Positions 49,410 through 56,511 of a stretch of DNA of 64,000 bases are shown one piece after another. A program made the position numbers and the translations under genes. The DNA comes from a virus: IMG/VR virus record IMGVR_UViG_3300046009_011911, positions 1 to 64,000 of that record. One strand, written 5' to 3'. The notes beneath the pieces are model-generated. The model worked only from the letters and a program-made list of their open reading frames with translations, did no database searches and was not told where the DNA came from. Each line of letters begins with the position of its first letter. Position 1 is the stretch's first letter.

Positions 49410-49831
49410 TTAAAAGCTACGTGCTATACATGAAAACATGTCCAGGAGTGGAAACTCCCAGGCATTTTAAAATTGGTATAGCTGCCCTTAAAACAGTACG
49501 AAGTAGACTGGCCAGTTATCAAAATGCTGTAGGTCCAGTCTGGGAAGAAAAATTTATTAGAGTTTGGGTAGGTGCCGAAAATCATATTAGATTGGCAGAA
49601 AAGGCTTTTAAACGTCAGTTCAAATCTAATATTAGTAGTGCTGAAGCAGGCTTGAGCGAATGGATCTGTGATGTAGAGTTGGATTCACTATTGGCATATA
49701 TAGTTGAATTACAAGAAGAACACTTTTTGAAATTTTTGTCGGTGCCCGATTGTTTTCAACCATTGACCATGGCATTATGTGAAGATTTGCAATCTTGGTT
49801 TGAATCACAGGGCAGTTTGTTGTTGGAGTAA
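49406..49831 (+). CDS. T5orf172/GIY-YIG-like protein
   Basis: FKIGIA..RLASYQ..E..SEW. Confidence 0.5.
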   Translation: MIKSYVLYMKTCPGVETPRHFKIGIAALKTVRSRLASYQNAVGPVWEEKFIRVWVGAENHIRLAEKAFKRQFKSNISSAEAGLSEWICDVELDSLLAYIVELQEEHFLKFLSVPDCFQPLTMALCEDLQSWFESQGSLLLE

Positions 49832-49833
49832 TT

Positions 49834-50460
49834 TTGTCTGAACAAATTATTAAAATAAGACCCATAGAAAATATTTTTTCGATTACATGGGCCATAGGCA
49901 AACGATGTAATTATGATTGCATGTATTGTCCTGAGCGTCTGCACAACAGTTATAGCAACAACAAATCATTCGAAGAATTACAAAGTTATTGGCTTAAGAT
50001 TTTCGAAAATACACAGGAGCAAAATTTAAAGTACAAGATTAGTTTTACTGGTGGGGAGATCACTGTTAATAAAAACTTCCTACCTTTTGTGATTTGGTTA
50101 AGACAAAACTATAGCGATAGAATAGATAAAATCCTTGTAACTACAAATGGCAGTGCCAGTCTTAACTATTACAAAAAGTTGTTTGAACAGGTCGATAATA
50201 TTAGTTTCAGTGTGCACAGTGAACATATCGATGAGAAAAAGTTTTTTGATACCGTAGTCAAGTTAAAGAAAACGCTAAATCCAAAAAAGTTTGTTCATGT
50301 CAATATTATGAATGAATTTTGGAATCAAGAACGGATACCGATTTACATTAAAATTTGTGAACAAAATAATATAAGCTATTCATTGTCGGAAATTGACTAT
50401 AGTTTAAAAACTAGAGCAGTTCCAATTTTAAAAGGTCGTCACAATTATGACGTTCATTGA
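49834..50460 (+). CDS. Radical SAM core domain protein
   Basis: CNYDCMYC, FTGGE, TTNG. Confidence 0.85.
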   Translation: MSEQIIKIRPIENIFSITWAIGKRCNYDCMYCPERLHNSYSNNKSFEELQSYWLKIFENTQEQNLKYKISFTGGEITVNKNFLPFVIWLRQNYSDRIDKILVTTNGSASLNYYKKLFEQVDNISFSVHSEHIDEKKFFDTVVKLKKTLNPKKFVHVNIMNEFWNQERIPIYIKICEQNNISYSLSEIDYSLKTRAVPILKGRHNYDVH

Positions 50461-50755
50461 GCATAAGTTCTATAATTGTGAAGTTACCACTACTAGTGGA
50501 TCAGTATACAAAATTAATGCAGATTCGTTGCATACAGACAAATTAGATTTTTGGCAAAACTGGTATTGTGATACTGGACATCATCGAATTTTTATTGATG
50601 TAGATGGGAATATATATGGCGGTACTTGTAAAAATGATCATTTAGGTCATATAGACACTGATTGGCAAATACTAAGTAAATCAACAATATGTAAAAGAAA
50701 TAGATGTGTTGGATGTACAGATGATCTTATGACTGCAAAATCAAAAACAAAATAA
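50447..50755 (+). CDS. Stand-alone SPASM/twitch-like Cys-rich protein
   Basis: C.TG..IFIDVDGNIY..C..LG.I..C....C..C. Confidence 0.65.
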   Translation: MTFIEHKFYNCEVTTTSGSVYKINADSLHTDKLDFWQNWYCDTGHHRIFIDVDGNIYGGTCKNDHLGHIDTDWQILSKSTICKRNRCVGCTDDLMTAKSKTK

Positions 50756-50769
50756 ACACGGTATTTGTT

Positions 50770-50922
50770 ATGTTACATAAAATTAAAAATTTTATATCTC
50801 GACCCTTAGTAACATGGTTGATTGTGGCAGTGCTTTCATGTGTATCTGTATACCTAACAATTATTTTATACAATATAGGAAAAGTCATTTGGTGGTTGTA
50901 TAATATCACTAAACCTGTTTAA
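50770..50922 (+). CDS. Small membrane protein (50 aa)
   Basis: Hydrophobic ORF filling the gap. Confidence 0.45.
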   Translation: MLHKIKNFISRPLVTWLIVAVLSCVSVYLTIILYNIGKVIWWLYNITKPV

Positions 50923-50926
50923 TTAT

Positions 50927-51322
50927 ATGAAAATTGGACTATCATTTAGCCGCTGTGTACGTGATATCTTTGATGGCCGAGTAGACATTGGAGATGTTTT
51001 AGTGATCGTTGCCCGCACTAATTTCGATCCCAGAGATGATGAACAATGGTCAGACATCTGGAATGGATATACAAACAGAACGTCTTTCACTGCACCCGAA
51101 TGGGCCAGTTATGCAGAAAGCGATCAAGAGCGTTTTAGGCAGATTGCTTTGGATCTTTATGAAACCGGCAAACTGCATCAACCCAGACAGTTTGGTTGGC
51201 ATCCTGCCAGATTGCCTTATTATTGGTTGGAGACTATTGTTCCGCCCGATGAATCCACTGAAGCACTTAAAAATGCTTGGGAACAATATCAAATTCTTGC
51301 TCAGTTAACTAAACAATCGTAA
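50927..51322 (+). CDS. Hypothetical protein
   Basis: MKIGLSFSRCVRDI..GKLHQPR. Confidence 0.7.
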   Translation: MKIGLSFSRCVRDIFDGRVDIGDVLVIVARTNFDPRDDEQWSDIWNGYTNRTSFTAPEWASYAESDQERFRQIALDLYETGKLHQPRQFGWHPARLPYYWLETIVPPDESTEALKNAWEQYQILAQLTKQS

Positions 51323-51338
51323 GAATTGAATAGTTTGG

Positions 51339-51374
51339 TTGACAAATATTCCAATTAATTGTATTATATAAATA
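51339..51374 (+). promoter_or_regulatory. Overlapping early (TTGACA/TATTAT) and late (TATAAATA) promoters
   Basis: Sequence match. Confidence 0.7.
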
Positions 51375-51393
51375 CTGTACAAGGGAATTTGAC

Positions 51394-51609
51394 ATGAAAC
51401 TTACTGAAATCCGCAAACCCAGTGATCGTAAATTGTTTGAAGAATTTGACAAAGACAACAATACTGGGTTTGCAACTGAGGATCTTGTACAAATTTATAA
51501 ACAGCATACCGAGGGACGTTGGCTTCCTCCGGTTTCTGCTGAACAACTGTTGGCCGAGGATGAAGCAGAATATCAGGCTTGGCTGGCTGCTGGGGGCAAA
51601 ACTGAATAA
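51394..51609 (+). CDS. Small acidic protein, candidate antitoxin
   Basis: TAATG-coupled upstream of a YafQ-like gene. Confidence 0.5.
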   Translation: MKLTEIRKPSDRKLFEEFDKDNNTGFATEDLVQIYKQHTEGRWLPPVSAEQLLAEDEAEYQAWLAAGGKTE

Positions 51610-52019
51610 TGCCCCAACAACCTGTCGCTAAAACCACCCCGTCATCGGTTGATTTTTATCGAGCGGACGGTTGGTTCAATGCTACAAAAATCTCTAAGGT
51701 TTTTACTAATTCTGTAGCAAGAAATAGGTTTGGTGGCCAAAACGGATTTATGGAAATAAAAAGAAAGAATCCTAATACTCCATTTGGTGCAAGTGATAAA
51801 CCATTCGTGCCCAACGGAAAATATGGCACTGCAGTACCGGGACTGCGGCATGCCCACATCACGCATGATCTTAGTATAGTATATAAAGTAGAAGGGAACA
51901 ATATCTACCTTTATGGATTTTATACTCATGATGATTTGGGCACAGGAAATCCTGCTAATAAACGTAAACAAGACTCCATGGCCGACAGATTCCGTAATGC
52001 TACATTTACAGAAGAATAA
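51609..52019 (+). CDS. RelE/YafQ-like mRNA interferase
   Basis: LRHAHITHDLSIVYK..LYGFYTHDDL. Confidence 0.6.
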   Translation: MPQQPVAKTTPSSVDFYRADGWFNATKISKVFTNSVARNRFGGQNGFMEIKRKNPNTPFGASDKPFVPNGKYGTAVPGLRHAHITHDLSIVYKVEGNNIYLYGFYTHDDLGTGNPANKRKQDSMADRFRNATFTEE

Positions 52020-52025
52020 CTTCGG

Positions 52026-52084
52026 TTGACAAATATTCCATTATTTCTTATAATATTGGTATAGTAAACAAAACGGAGTAGCAG
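52026..52084 (+). repeat. Early promoter/RBS module
   Basis: Near-identical ~55-bp repeat. Confidence 0.9.
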
Positions 52085-52258
52085 ATGGAATACCTTAAAC
52101 GAGCAGAACTCTACGCTGAAGCCCGCGGTGACCAAAACTACTTCCGCGAAGTCTACACTATTCTGCGGGAGAGCCGCTCAGTGGAAGATAGCATTTGGGA
52201 GGCCCTGCGATACCTCTATGACGGCTATGTGGCAGATATGCTGCTGGACTTTCAATAA
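52085..52258 (+). CDS. Small early protein (57 aa, not in ORF track)
   Basis: MEYLKRAEL..LLDFQ behind the module SD. Confidence 0.75.
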   Translation: MEYLKRAELYAEARGDQNYFREVYTILRESRSVEDSIWEALRYLYDGYVADMLLDFQ

Positions 52259-52266
52259 TAAAACGG

Positions 52267-52325
52267 TTGACAAATATTCCATTATTTCTTATAATATTGG
52301 TACAGTAAACAAAACGGAGCGGCAA
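52267..52325 (+). repeat. Early promoter/RBS module
   Basis: Near-identical ~55-bp repeat. Confidence 0.9.
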
Positions 52326-52553
52326 ATGCTTGCAAATACCAAACAGGTTCGTAGTGTTTTTAATTCTTGCGGAATTATTCCTGTTGCAACGGATAAAAGC
52401 CGCGGAAATAAAGATAAATCTGTTCGTATTGTAGTTGGCTATGGAACTGAGGAACAATTGGAAACTGTACGTAATACTTTTCAAAGTTGGGGATACACCA
52501 ATAAAGTCTATCGTACCAGTTTTTATATCCGTGTCAAAACCCATTTGGCCTAA
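52326..52553 (+). CDS. Small early protein
   Basis: Start behind the module SD. Confidence 0.7.
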   Translation: MLANTKQVRSVFNSCGIIPVATDKSRGNKDKSVRIVVGYGTEEQLETVRNTFQSWGYTNKVYRTSFYIRVKTHLA

Positions 52554-52564
52554 AGGATTTTGCA

Positions 52565-52837
52565 ATGCGTACTAAAGCAATTATCGAAGGTCTCAAAAAC
52601 AGTCAAAAATTTCGCTTTATTCTTACTGCTCAAAGTGGTGAAGATGTAGGCATGGTTATTACCATCCAGCAAATGATGGACAATTTTGCTACTCGAGATG
52701 CCCGTATTGCAGTTTGGGAAGCTCTGCTCAAGTTGTCATTGCAACGTCGTCTTGCTGCCGAAAAGGCTCAGCCTATGCCCACTGGGTTGGTGACCGATGC
52801 TCCCGGATTCCGTCAAGTGCAAGTGGATCTTCATTAA
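52565..52837 (+). CDS. Small early protein
   Basis: SD AAGGA. Confidence 0.7.
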   Translation: MRTKAIIEGLKNSQKFRFILTAQSGEDVGMVITIQQMMDNFATRDARIAVWEALLKLSLQRRLAAEKAQPMPTGLVTDAPGFRQVQVDLH

Positions 52838-52845
52838 AAATTTGG

Positions 52846-52904
52846 TTGACAAATATTCCAATATTTCTTATAATATTGGTATAGTAAACGATACGGAGCA
52901 GACG
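52846..52904 (+). repeat. Early promoter/RBS module
   Basis: Near-identical ~55-bp repeat. Confidence 0.9.
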
Positions 52905-53255
52905 ATGGAACAGTTCAAGACCTGGGAAGAGATGAGCGAACTGGAGCAACTTGAGTGCACCTACTGTGAGATGCACAAGGATGTCTATGGTGTTAAGGCC
53001 CGTTGGTATCGTGCAGAGTCTGTTGAGCAGGCCCGCAAGGACTTGGAGTCCCTGGCACAGGCATTGGAGGCCGAGATGGCCCGTGAGAAGGCTGCACAAG
53101 AGGAAGCTGTAGCTGGCTTTATGAAGTTGGCTGATCAGTACGGCTTTGAGAACGCAAAGCGGTACCAACACGATGCCTACGGTACGCAAGGCGACGACGA
53201 GTACCTGTGCTATCACCTGGGCTTGCCCTACGGTTTCTTCCGCAAGGCAGCTTAA
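52905..53255 (+). CDS. Early hypothetical protein (GC-rich gene)
   Basis: HKDVYGVKAR..YLCYHLGLPYG. Confidence 0.75.
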   Translation: MEQFKTWEEMSELEQLECTYCEMHKDVYGVKARWYRAESVEQARKDLESLAQALEAEMAREKAAQEEAVAGFMKLADQYGFENAKRYQHDAYGTQGDDEYLCYHLGLPYGFFRKAA

Positions 53256-53268
53256 CAAGCTTGTTTGA

Positions 53269-53327
53269 TTGACAAATATTCCAATATTTCTTATAATATT
53301 GGTACAGTAAACGATACGGAGCATAAG
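53269..53327 (+). repeat. Early promoter/RBS module
   Basis: Near-identical ~55-bp repeat. Confidence 0.9.
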
Positions 53328-53621
53328 ATGCTTGAACAGATCCTCAAACAGCGTTTTGCAGAAAAGCCCACCCAAGAACAGCGTGAAATTCGGATGTATG
53401 GCTGCACCGTTGAACAGATGCGCGAAGCGGTAGAAGAAAGCCTCACTTATCGTTTTTCCGGCCCGGCCATGTACGTGATCAGTATGCTGAGCGATGCACA
53501 GGAAATGACCGCGCACTACACTGGGGCTCATGTTGACATGATGGTGATCGAAGATCAGCGTCAACTGCTCAATCGTGCTAAATGGATTTTGTCTACTTAT
53601 GTTATGGAACAGCGGAGCTAA
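53328..53621 (+). CDS. Early hypothetical protein
   Basis: Start behind the module SD. Confidence 0.75.
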   Translation: MLEQILKQRFAEKPTQEQREIRMYGCTVEQMREAVEESLTYRFSGPAMYVISMLSDAQEMTAHYTGAHVDMMVIEDQRQLLNRAKWILSTYVMEQRS

Positions 53622-53631
53622 GGAGAGCGAG

Positions 53632-53832
53632 ATGAAAACCTATCAAGAAACAATTTTCCGTGAAGGCTGTGTGGCCCTTAATCAAGGATACATGGGAGAG
53701 AGTACTCGGCCCGATTATCAACGTGTAAACTTGATTGCCGAAATTTACGGTATTAGTTCTGAGGTTGTTCGCCGAGATATTCAGGCAGCAGTAGACAGTC
53801 CAGAAGTTCAACGTCGTATTCGTGGATACTAG
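53632..53832 (+). CDS. Small hypothetical protein
   Basis: SD AAGGAG. Confidence 0.65.
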   Translation: MKTYQETIFREGCVALNQGYMGESTRPDYQRVNLIAEIYGISSEVVRRDIQAAVDSPEVQRRIRGY

Positions 53833-53844
53833 GAGATTTACAAA

Positions 53845-54033
53845 ATGATCAAGGTCATTACTAATAGCCTGGGCAGTGGTGATTGGCTTTACATTAAGCA
53901 TCATGATGAAGTAGTATATGAAGGGCATCGCCCCAGTGTCCGGGATATCAAGTTCATGTTGGAACTCATCGGGCACAAAGTTGAGATGATCGAAGTCACA
54001 GACGAGCAAATGGAAGAAGGTGTTGAGGAGTAA
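53845..54033 (+). CDS. Small hypothetical protein
   Basis: SD AGGAG. Confidence 0.65.
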   Translation: MIKVITNSLGSGDWLYIKHHDEVVYEGHRPSVRDIKFMLELIGHKVEMIEVTDEQMEEGVEE

Positions 54034-54040
54034 TTGAACA

Positions 54041-54463
54041 ATGAGTACTAACAGCACTATTGCTTTTGAAAATGAAGATGGCTCAGTGTTTCAAATCGGT
54101 TGCCATTGGGATGGATACATTGAACACAATGGCAGGTTGCTCAATGAACACTGGCAGGATCCTGCTAAAATTTTGCAGTTGATACAGTTGGGAGATTTGA
54201 GCAGTCTGGGTCGAGAAATTGGACGTCAACAACATTTTGACAAAAGAAATTCAAATTGGTGCCTTGCGTATGGTCGTGACCGCGGCGAATCGGATGTAGG
54301 TGCCAGAAATTTCGAAAGTTTTGATCAGTACACTACGTACGGTGACTTTGCTGAATTCAACTACATTTTCCGTAATGGTCGTTGGCTAGTTGCTCAAGAA
54401 GATCTCAAATTTCAACCCTTGTCTGCCGCACTGAATAAAATTGCTGTGGAAGCTTTGAAATAA
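54041..54463 (+). CDS. Phage hypothetical protein (CHWDGY type)
   Basis: MST..CHWDGY..AYGRDRGE. Confidence 0.7.
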   Translation: MSTNSTIAFENEDGSVFQIGCHWDGYIEHNGRLLNEHWQDPAKILQLIQLGDLSSLGREIGRQQHFDKRNSNWCLAYGRDRGESDVGARNFESFDQYTTYGDFAEFNYIFRNGRWLVAQEDLKFQPLSAALNKIAVEALK

Positions 54464-54490
54464 TTTTGGTAAAAAGAATTCACATTATGG

Positions 54491-54519
54491 TTGACAACAT
54501 GTTCGAACTCAACTATAAT
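54491..54519 (+). promoter_or_regulatory. Sigma70 promoter
   Basis: TTGACA-17-TATAAT. Confidence 0.85.
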
Positions 54520-54584
54520 TTGGATATGTTTGCAATGGTGCAAGCATTCAATTTCAACTAACTTGTAAATTCTAGGAGTGTTAT

Positions 54585-54920
54585 ATGTTTAAAGTTGCTG
54601 GTGTTTCGACTCTCAAAGGTGAAGTCAAAGTTCGTTTTGCTAATGACATGACCCGTGTTAAGGTTTTGGCTAAGAATGGTCATACTGACATTGAACTGAT
54701 GGAACTGCCCGAAGCTATGGATAAGCCTGCTGTGGTCAGTTTCCTCAAGACCAGTGCTCTGTATCTTGACAGCCGTTTCACTGCAGCGATTGATGCTGCG
54801 GATGCAAAGTATAACGGTGAGACTACTGTTAAGGTCACTAAGTCCAAAGACACTAAACCCAGTCTTGAGGACCTTAAGACCCGTGCAAAATCTACTGAGG
54901 CAGTTCAAGTCGCCGAATAA
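54585..54920 (+). CDS. Hypothetical protein, likely highly expressed
   Basis: Own promoter, SD and terminator. Confidence 0.75.
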   Translation: MFKVAGVSTLKGEVKVRFANDMTRVKVLAKNGHTDIELMELPEAMDKPAVVSFLKTSALYLDSRFTAAIDAADAKYNGETTVKVTKSKDTKPSLEDLKTRAKSTEAVQVAE

Positions 54921-54943
54921 CTGCAAGTGTGCAAAAACCAGTT

Positions 54944-54966
54944 AGCCCGCTATATGCGGGCTTTTT
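54944..54966 (+). terminator. Intrinsic terminator
   Basis: AGCCCGC-tatat-GCGGGCT followed by a T run. Confidence 0.85.
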
Positions 54967-54978
54967 CATAAATACCAA

Positions 54979-55188
54979 ATGGATCAACCACCTAAACTAA
55001 GAATAAGAAATCCTAAACTTGTAAATTTACAATCCGATTCTCTAAAACCTAAAACTACTGTCAAAAAGTTTTTGGATAACGAAGATTTCGTTTTAGGAAT
55101 AGTAATAGGTATAGTAGGACTAATAGCGTTAGAATTGTTTATTCTAATGATATATGGTTTGTTTGGTGCAATTTTTTCTAGTTTGTAA
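54979..55188 (+). CDS. Small membrane protein
   Basis: C-terminal TM; TAAATA 4 nt before ATG. Confidence 0.6.
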   Translation: MDQPPKLRIRNPKLVNLQSDSLKPKTTVKKFLDNEDFVLGIVIGIVGLIALELFILMIYGLFGAIFSSL

Positions 55189-55343
55189 TGAACATGTACA
55201 AATATCAGCTTTGGGTAAGGATCAATAGCTATCAAACTGCTCACACCATCGTGTATGCCAGTAATGATTTTGAAGCTAAACAGTTGGGTGAAGCACAGTA
55301 TGGTGTAGGTAATGTGCTAAATTATACCAGACTGGATGACTAA
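55188..55343 (+). CDS. Small hypothetical protein (51 aa)
   Basis: TAATG coupling; MNMYKYQLWVRI.. Confidence 0.55.
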   Translation: MNMYKYQLWVRINSYQTAHTIVYASNDFEAKQLGEAQYGVGNVLNYTRLDD

Positions 55344-55350
55344 ATACCAA

Positions 55351-55851
55351 ATGCGTGTAAAAGACATCATTACCGAATCTGAGGACATTTATGATTTACA
55401 AGATAGGCTTGAGAGGTCAGGCTGGCGTAAAAATGTTAAGAACGTTTTGACCGATTTATTTTCTCAACGATATCCTCAAGTAAAATTATATTTTGCTAAT
55501 TCAAATATGGGCGGGTTATTTGTTACTACAGACAAAAACAATCTTGCTGATCAAAATGTTATGCAGTATTATAGCGATCCAACTGATCATTTTAATGCCA
55601 GCATCATTGGACCCATGATTGAAGAAGATGAAACAGAACAAAGATATGTTGGCTACGGTTTTGATTCTATCAGTAGCGGTAAATTCAAAGGTATAGTTGT
55701 GCCAATGCTACAAACTCTAGTTCCACCGCTGGCCAAGAAGTTAAATGCTCAACCTGCTGTGATGATAGCGGTAGAAGACCAAAGTGCTGGTGTTTGGCCG
55801 AAGATTGCTCAAAAATTAGGATGGAAATATTTTGATCCTGACCAGGATTGA
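55351..55851 (+). CDS. Hypothetical protein
   Basis: TAAATA 4 nt before ATG; MRVKDIITE start. Confidence 0.65.
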   Translation: MRVKDIITESEDIYDLQDRLERSGWRKNVKNVLTDLFSQRYPQVKLYFANSNMGGLFVTTDKNNLADQNVMQYYSDPTDHFNASIIGPMIEEDETEQRYVGYGFDSISSGKFKGIVVPMLQTLVPPLAKKLNAQPAVMIAVEDQSAGVWPKIAQKLGWKYFDPDQD

Positions 55852-55876
55852 CCATACCTTAAAATAAATATATACT

Positions 55877-56188
55877 GTAGTTTATTGTTGTATGAAGGAA
55901 GTCGAAAGACGAGCAAGACTCCGGGGCAGTGCCGGACGGGTCCACCAAAAGCATATTGGGTGTTCTTCGGTCGAGAATACTTAAACGACACATCCCTCAG
56001 GTGTGCCAGTATGCTTCTGATGGGCCCGAAACAGTATCGATTGGCGTGTAATAGATGACTGGACAACACGGTAGGCGATCTCCGTAAAAGAAGCAAAACA
56101 AGTATCTGCAAATGATGATACATTCATTGGAGCCCTCAAGCTAGCTGCTTGAACTTCACGGGGTTGGTAACCTTGTAACCCAATAACC
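55877..56188 (+). ncRNA. ssrA: Circularly permuted (two-piece) tmRNA; outer ends approximate
   Basis: T-arm plus CGGGTCCACCA (ends 55947) precedes 5' acceptor strand GGGCCCG (56022) with a G3:U70 pair; tag ANDDTFIGALKLAA* at 56108-56152. Confidence 0.9.
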
Positions 56189-56213
56189 AAAAGGCACCTC
56201 TGGGTGCCTTTTT
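56189..56213. terminator. Bidirectional intrinsic terminator
   Basis: AAAAGGCACC-tctg-GGTGCCTTTTT between convergent units. Confidence 0.85.
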
Positions 56214-56511
56214 ATTTGACTGAGTTTTTTAATTCGTCGTAGATTTTTACAATGTTTAATTGACTGGGATCGGATAGTCGATCTGAAGGCACTGGCAATT
56301 GCTGCCATTCTTCTTCAGACAGATCACAGGCAATAAAAAGTTCGTATTCGTGACCATCACTGGTGTAGAAAGTTACAGTCTCCATTCCAATTACACTGCG
56401 TGATGCTGATTCAGCTGCCCGAGCCAGATCCCGTAGTGCCTGAGGTTCCGCCACAATGTAAGCTCTTGTTTTAGGACCTTTATTGGAATGGAGATGTAAT
56501 CTTGTTTTCAT
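56212..56511 (-). CDS. Hypothetical protein coupled to the dnaE-like gene
   Basis: ATGA overlap. Confidence 0.65.
   Translation of the reverse strand: MKTRLHLHSNKGPKTRAYIVAEPQALRDLARAAESASRSVIGMETVTFYTSDGHEYELFIACDLSEEEWQQLPVPSDRLSDPSQLNIVKIYDELKNSVK

Noticed and set aside
52026-53327. CRISPR array or integron attC sites
   Set aside because: The repeats are promoters plus RBS separated by whole genes of variable length; no palindromic attC structure, cas gene or integrase was seen.
52128-53327. Shared peptide VDKYSxISYNIG in several ORF-track proteins
   Set aside because: An artefact of translating through the promoter repeat; the real starts follow the GGAG SD.
53632-53664. MKTYQE start resembling the T4 capsid-targeting sequence
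   Set aside because: The gene lies in an early operon without a late motif; a short match that is probably coincidental.
55917-55947. tRNA gene
   Set aside because: Only a T-arm and the acceptor 3' strand are present; explained by the permuted tmRNA.
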